NCBI GenBank assembly: GCA_035540415.1
Contig: DATLGR010000016.1
Span: forward strand, 1-44,518
Length of the DNA stretch: 44,518 nt
Reading direction: 5' to 3'
Origin: Burkholderiales bacterium
GTDB taxonomy: Bacteria > Pseudomonadota > Gammaproteobacteria > Burkholderiales > SG8-39
Shown: piece by piece, positions 1-11,585 of the stretch
Numbering within the stretch: the first letter of the stretch is position 1
Layout: each line of letters opens with the position of its first letter
Position numbers and translations under genes: made by a program
The notes under the pieces: model-generated
Told to the model about the DNA's origin: nothing
Databases searched by the model: none
Seen by the model: the letters and a program-made list of their open reading frames with translations, nothing else

Positions 1-496
1 GACGCATATCGCCGAGCTCGCTGCCGTCGAGTTGACGGCGCTCGACGCAGATCCGGTTCGTTGCGAGCGCATCGGGGCGAACCTCGCGCGGCTCGGGCTG
101 CGTGCGGCGGTGCGCGCGGCCGATTGCACGCGGCTCGACACCTGGTGGGACGGCGCCCCGTTCGACCGCGTCCTCGCCGACGTGCCCTGTACCGCCTCCG
201 GCGTGGTGCGCCGACATCCGGATCTCAAGTGGCTGCGCCGGCCGGCCGACCGCGCCGCGTTTGCCGCGCGTCAGGGCGAGATTGTCCGGGCGCTTTGGCA
301 GGTGCTCGCGCCGGGTGGTAAATTGCTGTATGTCACCTGCTCGGTGTTCCCGGAAGAGAACGAGGCGGTCGTGACAAGCGTCGCGGCGCGCACGGGGGCG
401 CGACGCCTGCCGCTCCCCGATGGCGGGCCCGCGCAAGGGCTGCCCGCGCCGGAGCACGACGGGTTCTTTTACGCCCTGATCCAAAAACCCGCCTGA
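1..496 (+). CDS. rsmB: 16S rRNA (cytosine967-C5)-methyltransferase RsmB, C-terminal part (5' end outside window, reading frame 2)
   Basis: Frame is open to the window edge. Translation contains FDRVLADVPCTASGVVRRHPDLKWLRR and GGKLLYVTCSVFPEENE, the two catalytic-Cys motifs of the RsmB/Sun SAM-methyltransferase core. Confidence 0.9.
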   Translation, partial: THIAELAAVELTALDADPVRCERIGANLARLGLRAAVRAADCTRLDTWWDGAPFDRVLADVPCTASGVVRRHPDLKWLRRPADRAAFAARQGEIVRALWQVLAPGGKLLYVTCSVFPEENEAVVTSVAARTGARRLPLPDGGPAQGLPAPEHDGFFYALIQKPA

Positions 497-504
497 CGCG
501 ACGC

Positions 505-1122
505 GTGGTGCGCCGCATGGCCTTTCTGTCGAGACTTGTCGTCTTGCTCGCGTCGCTCGGCGTCGCCGGGGACGCCTTCGCCGACGAAATCGAAGTGCGC
601 TCGATGACCTTGAGGGCGACCGAAGAGGGCCTCGTGCTCGACGCCGACTTCGCGTTCCAGCTCACGCCCCGGCTCGCCGACGTGCTGGCGAACGGCGTAC
701 CGCTGTACTTCCGCGTAGACTTCGAGCTCACCCGGCGTCGCTGGTACTGGTTCGACGAGACGACCGCGACGCGGCGCTTGCATGTGCGGCTCAATTACCA
801 TGCTTTGTCGCGGCAATATCGTCTGTCGACCGGCCTGCTCCAGCAGAACTTCGCCACGCTGGAGGAAGCGCTCAACGTGCTGCAGCGCCTGCGAAACTGG
901 CTGGTGGTGGAGCGCACGGTCTCGCTGACCGGCGGCCAGTACGAGGCGGCGGTGCGAATGCGCCATGACACCTCGCTCCTTCCGCGGCCCTTTCAGCTGA
1001 GCGCCCTGACGGCGCGCGACCTGCACCTCGAGTCCCCCTGGCGGCGCCTGACGGTGCGCACCCTTCAGCAGGCGCCCGCTCCGGTGGAGACGCGCGACCC
1101 GGCGGAGGCGAGCCTGCGGTGA
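505..1122 (+). CDS. DUF4390-like exported protein
   Basis: 205-aa ORF with a signal-like N-terminus (LSRLVVLLASLGVAGDAFA). It sits between rsmB and the NtrY-like kinase, as DUF4390 genes do in Betaproteobacteria. GTGA overlap with the next gene. ATG at 517 is an alternative start. Confidence 0.65.
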   Translation: MVRRMAFLSRLVVLLASLGVAGDAFADEIEVRSMTLRATEEGLVLDADFAFQLTPRLADVLANGVPLYFRVDFELTRRRWYWFDETTATRRLHVRLNYHALSRQYRLSTGLLQQNFATLEEALNVLQRLRNWLVVERTVSLTGGQYEAAVRMRHDTSLLPRPFQLSALTARDLHLESPWRRLTVRTLQQAPAPVETRDPAEASLR

Positions 1123-3191
1123 GGCTCGTGCTCATCGTAGGCGCTGCGGTGGCGGCCGTGGGCCTTTTCCTGCTCGCCACCGCGAGCGGCGAGACGGGAC
1201 TGCTCGAGCGCCATTACCCCGCGTTGCTAGCCCTGAACGCCGGTCTCGCCGCGCTGCTCGCCGGCATTGTCTTCTACCAGCTCGCAAGCTTCGTGCGCCG
1301 GTACCGCGCGCGGGTTTTCGGCGCACGCCTGACGTTGCGCCTGCTGACCCGGTTCGCAGCCCTGGCGCTGCTGCCGGGCCTCATCGTCTACGCGGTTTCG
1401 GTTCAGTTCATCACCCGCTCGATCGAGTCGTGGTTCGACGTCAAGGTCGACGCGGCGCTGGAGGGCGGCATCAACCTGGGCCAGCAGGCCATCGACCAGA
1501 TGATGCTGGAGCTGCAGGGCAAGGCGAGCGCCATGGCCCTGGAACTGGTCGAACGCGCGCCCACCCAGGTGGCCGCGCGGCTGGAGCGGCTGCGCGCTCA
1601 GGCGGGCGTGGACGAGGCCGTGGTCGTGAGCGCGAGCGGCCGTGTGGTCGCGAGCGCCAGCGCCGATGTCACGCGCCTGGTGCCCGAGCTTCCGGGGCGC
1701 GAGCTGCTGCGCCAGGCGCGCGCCAATCGCGGCCACACCGCCATAGACCTCGCCGGCGGGCGGCCCGGGTCGCTGCGGGTGCTGGTACCCCTCGACGCCC
1801 CGGCCCTCGGCGAGGAGACGCGCTTTCTGCAGCTTCGCAACGGCGTTCCATCCTCCTTCGCGCGCAGCGCCGAGGCCGTCGAGGCCGCCTACCGCGACTA
1901 CCGGGAGCTCGCGCTCGGCCGCGAAGGCCTGCGCCGCATCTACCTGGTAACGCTGACGTTCGCCCTCCTGATGGCGCTGTTCGCGGCGGTGGCCGTGGCG
2001 GTGACACAGTCGAATCTCCTGGCCGAGCCGCTCGCCAACCTGGCCCAGGCCACTCAAGCGGTGGCGCGCGGGGACTTCAGCCGCCAAGCGCCGGTGACCA
2101 GCCGCGACGAGCTGGGCGTGCTCACGGAATCGTTCAACTCCATGACCCGCCAGCTCGGCGAGGCGCGCCGAGGCCTGGAGCAGCACCGGACGGCGCTCGA
2201 GGAGGCGAAGTCGCATCTGGAGAGCATCCTCGCGAACCTTTCGGCGGGGGTGCTGGTCTTCGACCCGCGGCTCGCTCTGAGCATCTCCAATCGGGGCGCG
2301 CAGGAGATCGCAGGCGAGGATCTGGAGAGCTTCACGGCCCGCGTGCGCGAGCGCTTTCAGGAGCATGAGAACGACGACTGGCAGCTCGATCTCGCCTTGA
2401 GCGGCGGCAAGACTGTGCACGCGCGCGGCGCGCGCCTTCCGGCGGCAACCGGCGGCGGCTACGTAGTGGTATTCGACGACATCACCCAGATCATCCAGGC
2501 GCAGCGTGCGACGGCGTGGGCCGAGGTGGCGAGGCGCCTCGCCCACGAGATCAAGAACCCGCTCACGCCCATCCAGCTTTCGGCCGAACGGCTGCAGATG
2601 AAGCTCGGCGAGCGGCTGTCCCGGGAGGATGCGGAGACCTTGCAGCGTGCCACCGGCACCATCGTCAGCCAGGTGGCTGCGCTCAAGGCGATGGTCGACG
2701 ATTTCCGCGACTATGCGCGCCTGCCGGCGCCCGCGCCGGCGCGGCTCGATTTGAATGCGCTGGTGGCCGAGGTGCTCGCCCTCTACGAGCATTCGCCGGT
2801 GACGATCGTGCAGTGCCTTGGGCCCGCGCTGCCGCCCGTCTGGGCCGACGGAGCGCAGATCCGGCAAGTGATTCACAATCTGGTCCAGAACGCGCAGGAT
2901 TCCCTTGAAAATACGCGGCATGCCGGCGCGGCGCCGGCGATCGAGGTGCGCACCGAGCTTGCCGGTGACAAGGTCCGGCTCGCGGTCTCCGACAATGGCG
3001 GCGGATTTCCGGAGGCCCTGATGGCGCGCATCTTCGAGCCGTATGTCACCACGAAGCCGCGCGGGACGGGACTGGGGCTTGCCATCGTGAAGAAGATCGT
3101 GGATGAGCATCACGGCAGCGTAGCGATCGACAACCGCCCGAGCAGGGGCGCGTCGGTCAGCGTGCTGCTGCCGCTCGCGAAGGCGGCATAG
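1119..3191 (+). CDS. ntrY: NtrY-like sensor histidine kinase (TM, HAMP, PAS, HisKA, HATPase)
   Basis: 690 aa with N-terminal hydrophobic helices. H-box AHEIKNPLTPIQLSAERL, N-box HNLVQNAQDS, G-boxes DNGGGF and GTGLGLAIVKKIV. Confidence 0.9.
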   Translation: MRLVLIVGAAVAAVGLFLLATASGETGLLERHYPALLALNAGLAALLAGIVFYQLASFVRRYRARVFGARLTLRLLTRFAALALLPGLIVYAVSVQFITRSIESWFDVKVDAALEGGINLGQQAIDQMMLELQGKASAMALELVERAPTQVAARLERLRAQAGVDEAVVVSASGRVVASASADVTRLVPELPGRELLRQARANRGHTAIDLAGGRPGSLRVLVPLDAPALGEETRFLQLRNGVPSSFARSAEAVEAAYRDYRELALGREGLRRIYLVTLTFALLMALFAAVAVAVTQSNLLAEPLANLAQATQAVARGDFSRQAPVTSRDELGVLTESFNSMTRQLGEARRGLEQHRTALEEAKSHLESILANLSAGVLVFDPRLALSISNRGAQEIAGEDLESFTARVRERFQEHENDDWQLDLALSGGKTVHARGARLPAATGGGYVVVFDDITQIIQAQRATAWAEVARRLAHEIKNPLTPIQLSAERLQMKLGERLSREDAETLQRATGTIVSQVAALKAMVDDFRDYARLPAPAPARLDLNALVAEVLALYEHSPVTIVQCLGPALPPVWADGAQIRQVIHNLVQNAQDSLENTRHAGAAPAIEVRTELAGDKVRLAVSDNGGGFPEALMARIFEPYVTTKPRGTGLGLAIVKKIVDEHHGSVAIDNRPSRGASVSVLLPLAKAA

Positions 3192-3193
3192 CG

Positions 3194-4438
3194 ATGGCGC
3201 AGATCCTGGTCGTGGACGACGAAGTCGGGATCCGGGAGCTGCTGTCGGAAATCCTGGCCGACGAGGGCCACCAGGTGCTGCTCGCCGAGAGCGCGGGCGC
3301 GGCGCGCCGCGTGCGGGAGCGCGGCCGCCCGGACCTCGTCCTGCTCGACATCTGGATGCCCGACACCGACGGCGTCACGCTGCTCAAGGAATGGGCGGCG
3401 AGCGGCCAGCTCACGATGCCCGTCATCATGATGTCCGGCCATGCCACCATCGAGACCGCCGTGGAGGCGACGCGCATCGGCGCGCTTGATTTCCTGGAAA
3501 AGCCCGTGGCCTTGCAACGGCTCCTGAATACCGTGCGCCGCGCCCTGCGCAGCCCCGAGGCGGCGTCCTCGCCGCGGGTCACCCTGGCAACGCTGGGGCG
3601 CTCGGCAGCGCTTGCGGACGCCAAAAAGCGGCTCGCGCAGCTGGCGCAGTCCGGCGCGCCGCTGCTGCTGCGCGGCGAGCGCGGGATGCGGGCCGAGCTT
3701 TTCGCGCGCCTTCTGGCCCCGGCCACGGCGCCGTTCCTCATCGGCGACGAGCAGCTGGGCGAGCCCCCCTCGGAGCTCCTGACCAAGGCGGCGGGCGGGA
3801 TCCTGTTCCTGCCCGACCTGCTGCGGCTGGGGCGCACCGAGCAGCGCAGCATCGAGTTTCTGCTCGGCCGGACCGACAAGCACAAAGTGCGCATCGTCAG
3901 CTATTGCGCGCTGGACGCACGCACCCTGGTCGAGAAGCACGAGTTCGACGCCGACCTTGCGGCGCGCCTCTCCGAGCTCACGCTGCGGCTGCCGGCGCTT
4001 CGGGAGTTCGCCGAGGATATTCCCGACCTCGCCAGCCTCATGCTCGCACAGCTGGTGGAAAGCCGTGCCTGTCCGCCCCGCCGGCTCGCGGTCGCGGCGC
4101 TGAACGCCTTGCGCCATCATGCCTGGCCCGGCAATCTCGCCGAGCTCGAGGGCGCAGTGAAGGACCTTGCGCTGAGCTCTCTCGAGGAGGAGATCCAGCT
4201 CGAGGACGTAGAGCGTGTGCTCGCGGGTCGCGCACCGCCGAGCGCGCTGCCCGAGATCCTGCTCGACCGTCCGTACCGCGAAGCGCGGGAGGCCTTCGAG
4301 CGGGTCTACTTCGAGCACCTGCTCGCGCGCGAGCAGGGCAGCATGTCGCGCGTGGCGGAGCGCTCCGGGCTGGAGCGCACGCACCTGTACCGCAAGCTAA
4401 AGGCGCTCGGCGTGCCGGTGGGACGGCGCGAGGAATGA
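3194..4438 (+). CDS. ntrX: NtrX-like response regulator: REC domain, degenerate AAA+ core, Fis-type HTH
   Basis: REC motifs VVDDE, LLDIWMPD and KP. C-terminal HTH MSRVAERSGLERTHLYRKLKALG. Central domain has GERGMRAE where GESGTGKE is expected, FLPDL where FLDE is expected, and no GAFTGA. Confidence 0.85.
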   Translation: MAQILVVDDEVGIRELLSEILADEGHQVLLAESAGAARRVRERGRPDLVLLDIWMPDTDGVTLLKEWAASGQLTMPVIMMSGHATIETAVEATRIGALDFLEKPVALQRLLNTVRRALRSPEAASSPRVTLATLGRSAALADAKKRLAQLAQSGAPLLLRGERGMRAELFARLLAPATAPFLIGDEQLGEPPSELLTKAAGGILFLPDLLRLGRTEQRSIEFLLGRTDKHKVRIVSYCALDARTLVEKHEFDADLAARLSELTLRLPALREFAEDIPDLASLMLAQLVESRACPPRRLAVAALNALRHHAWPGNLAELEGAVKDLALSSLEEEIQLEDVERVLAGRAPPSALPEILLDRPYREAREAFERVYFEHLLAREQGSMSRVAERSGLERTHLYRKLKALGVPVGRREE

Positions 4439-5808
4439 GAATCGTCATTCTCGGCGCAGGCCAGGTGGGGGCCTCGGTCGCCGAGAGCCTGGTCTCGGAG
4501 CAAAACGACATCACCGTGGTCGACATCGAACCCCAGCGCCTGAAGCTTCTGCAGGATCGTCTCGACCTGCGAACCGTGCTCGGCAGCGGCTCACATCCGA
4601 CGGTGCTCGCCGAGGCGGGCGTCGAGGACGCAGACCTCCTCGTGGCGGTGACGCAGTCGGATGAGACCAATCTCGTCGCCTGCCGCCTCGCGGCGCGCAT
4701 GTTCAACGTGCCCCGCCGCATCGCCCGCATCCGCGCCACCGACTACCTGACCAATGAGCGGGTGCTCGGCGAGCAGGGATTCGACGTCGACCTCTCCATC
4801 TGCCCGGAGCAGGTGCTCACCGACTACATCGTAAAGCTGGTGGAGTTTCCCGAGGCGCTGCAGGTACTGGATTTCGCCGGCGGCCGGGTGAGCCTCGTGG
4901 CGGTGCGGGCCTTCAGCGGCGGACCGCTGGTGGGTCATCCCCTGCGCGACATGCGCCGGCACCTGCCGAACATCGACACGCGGATCGTCGCCATCTTTCG
5001 CGGCGATCGTTCGATCCTGCCGGAGGGCGATACCGTGGTGGAGGCCGGCGACGAGGTGTTCTGCCTCGCCGCCTCCGGCCATATCCGGCAGGTGCTGCGC
5101 GAATTGCGGCGCATGGACCGTCCGGTGCGGCGCGTGATGGTGGCGGGGGGCGGGAACATCGGCCTGCGCCTGGCGCGCGCTCTCGAGCACAGCTACTCGG
5201 TGCGCGTCATCGAGCACAACAAGCGCCGCTGCGAGCTTCTGGCCGCGCAGCTCGGCTCGGCGCTCGTGCTCAACGGCGACACCACGGACGAGGAGCTGCT
5301 CGAGGACGAGAACATCGCGGACATGGATTTGTTCGTGGCCGTTACCAACGACGACGAGAACAACATCATGAGCTCGCTGCTCGCCAAGCGCATGGGCGCG
5401 CGCCGCGTGGTGTCGCTCATCAATCGTCGCTCCTACGTGGACTTGCTGCAGTCGGGACAGATCGACATCGCCATCTCGCCGGCGCAAGCCACCATCGGCA
5501 GCCTGCTCGCCCACGTCCGGCGCGGCGATATCGTCTCCGTCCACAGCTTGCGGCGCGGCGCGGCCGAGGCGCTCGAGGCGGTGGTGCACGGCGACCGCAG
5601 CTCGAGCAAGCTCGCCGAGCGGCGCGTCGAGGAGATCGAGCTCCCGGCGGGCGCCAGCATCGGCGCGGTGGCGCGGGGCGACGAAGTCATCATGGCGCAC
5701 CACGACACCGCCATCCGCGCCGGGGACCACGTCATCGTCTTCGTCGCCGACAAGAAGACGCTGCCGCGCGTGGAGAAGCTGTTCCAGGTGAGCGCCGGCT
5801 TCCTGTGA
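4435..5808 (+). CDS. trkA: Trk potassium uptake protein TrkA (two NAD-binding/RCK repeats)
   Basis: Starts MRIVILGAGQVGASVAESL. Second Rossmann repeat at VMVAGGGNIGLRLA. ATGA overlap with the ntrX stop. The ORF-track extension back to 3904 is Arg/Ala-rich junk overlapping ntrX. Confidence 0.95.
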   Translation: MRIVILGAGQVGASVAESLVSEQNDITVVDIEPQRLKLLQDRLDLRTVLGSGSHPTVLAEAGVEDADLLVAVTQSDETNLVACRLAARMFNVPRRIARIRATDYLTNERVLGEQGFDVDLSICPEQVLTDYIVKLVEFPEALQVLDFAGGRVSLVAVRAFSGGPLVGHPLRDMRRHLPNIDTRIVAIFRGDRSILPEGDTVVEAGDEVFCLAASGHIRQVLRELRRMDRPVRRVMVAGGGNIGLRLARALEHSYSVRVIEHNKRRCELLAAQLGSALVLNGDTTDEELLEDENIADMDLFVAVTNDDENNIMSSLLAKRMGARRVVSLINRRSYVDLLQSGQIDIAISPAQATIGSLLAHVRRGDIVSVHSLRRGAAEALEAVVHGDRSSSKLAERRVEEIELPAGASIGAVARGDEVIMAHHDTAIRAGDHVIVFVADKKTLPRVEKLFQVSAGFL

Positions 5809-5815
5809 GCTGACC

Positions 5816-7276
5816 GTGACCGGGCGCCTTGCCGTCGTGGTCAAGCTGCTGTCGCTCGTGGTGATGATTTTCGCCGCGATGATGCTCGTCCCGCTCGCGG
5901 TTTCCTATGCGCTGCAGGACGGCGCCACGCGGGCGCATGCCGAGGCGTTCGTCTACACCGGGCTCGCCGGCGCCGCGGCGTGGGTGCTCACGCGGCATGT
6001 GCGCGCGGACCTGCAGACGCGCGACGGCTTCATTTTCGTCGCGCTGGTCTGGACGGTGCTGCCGGCGTTCGCAACGCTGCCGCTGCTGCGCCTTTTGCCG
6101 GAGCTGTCGTTCACCAAGGCGTACTTCGAGGCGATGTCCGGGCTCACCGCCACCGGCGCCACCGTGCTGTCGGGCCTGGACGCGCTGCCCGCTTCGCTCA
6201 ACCTGTGGCGCACTCAGCTGCAATGGCTCGGCGGGATGGGGGTGATCGTGCTGGTCGTCGCCATCCTTCCGCTGCTGGGCGTCGGCGGGCGCCAGATTCT
6301 GCGCGCCGAGACGCCGGGTCCCATGAAGGAAACCCAGCTCACGCCACGCATCGCGCAGACCGCCAAGGGGCTTTGGTACGTCTATGCGGCGCTGACGCTG
6401 CTGTGCATGCTGGGGTATCGCCTCGCCGGCATGGAATGGATCGAGGCGCTGACCCACGCTTTCTCCACCGTGAGCCTGGGCGGCTATTCCAGCCATGACG
6501 CGAGCTTTGCCCATTTCAACTCGGCGGCGATCGAGGCGGTGGCGATCGCCTTCATGCTCGCCGGCGCCATCAACTTCGCCACCCATTTTCTCGCGCTGCG
6601 CCATGCGAGCTTGCGCCCCTACCGGCTGGATGCCGAAGCCAAGGCCGTGCTCGCGGTGGTGCTGGGCAGCGCCCTGATGGTGGCCGGCTATCTCTATGCC
6701 GCCGGCGTCTATGGCGACTTCCACGTCGCACTGCGCGCGGCGGCTTTCAACGTCGTCTCGGCGGCGACCACCACCGGCTATGCCACCGTGGACTACAACG
6801 CCTGGCCGATCTTCGCGCCGCTGTGGATGCTGCTGCTGTCTTCCTTCTGCTCGTGCTCGCTGTCCACCGGCGGCGGGATCAAGATGATGCGCGCGTTGCT
6901 GATGTTCCAGCAGGCGCTCCGGGAGCTCACGCGCATGGTGCATCCGCGCGCCATGGTGCCGGTCAAGCTGGGCGGTCGGGTGGTCGAGAGCACCATCATC
7001 TTCGCGGTGCTCGCCTACATGCTGATCTACGGCGTCACGTTGACCGCCACCACCATCGCCTTTGCCGCCACGGGGTTCGATTTCCTGACCGCGTTCTCCG
7101 CCGCCGCCGCGTGCCTGAACAATCTCGGCCCGGGCCTGGGGCAAGTGGGGCCCGCGTCCAACTACGCGTCGCTGACCACCGTGCAGGCCTGGATCGCCAC
7201 CGCCGCCATGATGCTCGGTCGGCTGGAGCTCATCACCGTGTTCGTGCTGCTCAGCCCGGCGTTCTGGCGGAAATGA
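5816..7276 (+). CDS. trkH: Trk potassium uptake membrane subunit TrkH
   Basis: 486-aa polytopic membrane protein with TrkH-type pore-loop motifs (TATGATV, SLGGYS, TTTGYAT, STGGGIK). Confidence 0.93.
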   Translation: MTGRLAVVVKLLSLVVMIFAAMMLVPLAVSYALQDGATRAHAEAFVYTGLAGAAAWVLTRHVRADLQTRDGFIFVALVWTVLPAFATLPLLRLLPELSFTKAYFEAMSGLTATGATVLSGLDALPASLNLWRTQLQWLGGMGVIVLVVAILPLLGVGGRQILRAETPGPMKETQLTPRIAQTAKGLWYVYAALTLLCMLGYRLAGMEWIEALTHAFSTVSLGGYSSHDASFAHFNSAAIEAVAIAFMLAGAINFATHFLALRHASLRPYRLDAEAKAVLAVVLGSALMVAGYLYAAGVYGDFHVALRAAAFNVVSAATTTGYATVDYNAWPIFAPLWMLLLSSFCSCSLSTGGGIKMMRALLMFQQALRELTRMVHPRAMVPVKLGGRVVESTIIFAVLAYMLIYGVTLTATTIAFAATGFDFLTAFSAAAACLNNLGPGLGQVGPASNYASLTTVQAWIATAAMMLGRLELITVFVLLSPAFWRK

Positions 7277-7586
7277 CTGCCCACGCGAACGCGAGCCAGC
7301 CGGCGAGCAAGGCCAAACCGCCGAATGGCGTGACCACGCCCAGGGTGCGCGGCGCTCCGAGCGCGAGCGCATAAAGGCTGCCGGAGAAGAGCACCATGCC
7401 GGCGGTCAGAAGCCACCCCGCCGCACCCATCCAGCCCGTCTCGCGCAGGTGGAAACCCGCCATGCCGACGGCGAGAACGCCGAGGGCGTGCCAGAAGTGG
7501 TATTGGACCGCGGTGTGCCACACGGCGAGCGGCTCGGGCGCAAGCCGAGCCTTGAGCGCGTGCGCGCCGAACGCCCCTGTCGCCAC
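7251..7586 (-). CDS. DUF423 (YgdD-like) small membrane protein; true start probably upstream, see finding
   Basis: TGAFGAHALK ... HALGVLAVG ... VLFSGSLYALAL ... TPFGGLALLAGW matches the YgdD/DUF423 layout. 26-nt convergent overlap with the trkH 3' end. First canonical start (GTG 7586) removes the first TM helix. Confidence 0.8.
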   Translation of the reverse strand: MATGAFGAHALKARLAPEPLAVWHTAVQYHFWHALGVLAVGMAGFHLRETGWMGAAGWLLTAGMVLFSGSLYALALGAPRTLGVVTPFGGLALLAGWLAFAWAVISARTPG

Positions 7587-7627
7587 GGCGGCCGCGGCGA
7601 GCAGCGCTCCGAGGGCGAGAAATTCCC

Positions 7628-7735
7628 TCAGCTCTTGGCCCGCTTGGCCGTCTTGTTCTGGCGGTGCGGCCGCTTCTTGCCGTAGCTGCCCTTGTAGATC
7701 TTGCCGCGCCGCGTGCGTTTGTCGCCTTTGCCCAT
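7628..7735 (-). CDS. 30S ribosomal protein bTHX (35 aa)
   Basis: ATG at 7735, TGA at 7628. Product MGKGDKRTRRGKIYKGSYGKKRPHRQNKTAKRAKS closely resembles the Thermus Thx N-terminus as I remember it (MGKGDRRTRRGKI..GTYGK). It is hidden inside a spurious 226-aa ORF in the track. Confidence 0.8.
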   Translation of the reverse strand: MGKGDKRTRRGKIYKGSYGKKRPHRQNKTAKRAKS

Positions 7736-7742
7736 GGGGCGA

Positions 7743-11423
<3,681 letters not shown>

Positions 11424-11437
11424 CGGGTCCAATGAGA

Positions 11438-11518
11438 AAGCCCGTTCAGCTTGCGCTACGAAACGGGCTTGGCGGCGCGTCTCTTTAGCGGCATTTGTAA
11501 CGCGCCCGCAAGCTGAAC
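11438..11518 (-). promoter_or_regulatory. Structured metH 5' leader with mutually exclusive helices (candidate attenuator or riboswitch-like element)
   Basis: Perfect 12-bp long-range helix 11444-11455 / 11507-11518. Nested 7-bp helix 11474-11480 / 11500-11506. Competing 9-bp hairpin 11438-11446 / 11462-11470, followed on the mRNA by UCUCAUU about 15 nt before the ATG. Confidence 0.4.
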
Positions 11519-11579
11519 ATCAAATCGGCGCGGCAAGTGGGATTCTGCCCATCAATGCGGCCCGGCGTCAATGCTGCCC

Positions 11580-11585
11580 TATAAT
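11580..11585 (+). promoter_or_regulatory. Candidate -10 box (TATAAT) for the rhodanese gene
   Basis: Perfect TATAAT ends 14 nt before the ATG at 11600, with no Shine-Dalgarno between them, implying a very short leader. No convincing -35. Confidence 0.3.

Noticed and set aside
1227-3113. 628-aa minus-strand ORF antisense to ntrY. Similar long antisense or alternate-frame ORFs occur at 5732-7372, 9172-11088, 8994-10778, 20469-21974, 28843-30378, 31852-33207 and 33637-36153.
   Set aside because: Their products are Arg/Ala/Gly/Pro-rich low-complexity strings with no motifs. They fully overlap genes with unmistakable homology. Stop-poor non-coding frames are expected at this G+C content.
3904-4434. 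N-terminal extension of the trkA ORF (634 aa in the track).
   Set aside because: The extension overlaps ntrX in another frame and is Arg/Ala-rich. A canonical TrkA N-terminus (MRIVILGAGQVG) starts at 4435 with an ATGA overlap.
7251-7276. The identical 26-nt length of the two convergent gene overlaps (trkH/DUF423 here, thioesterase/pcaB at 12412-12437) as a shared element.
   Set aside because: The two overlapping sequences are unrelated, so the equal length appears coincidental.
11424-11560. Assigning the metH leader to the SAH, SAM-II or cobalamin riboswitch classes.
   Set aside because: I could not find the conserved cores as I remember them: AGGAGCG...CAGGCUC...GGCGCUC for SAH, and the B12 box for cobalamin. 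It is kept only as an unclassified structured leader.
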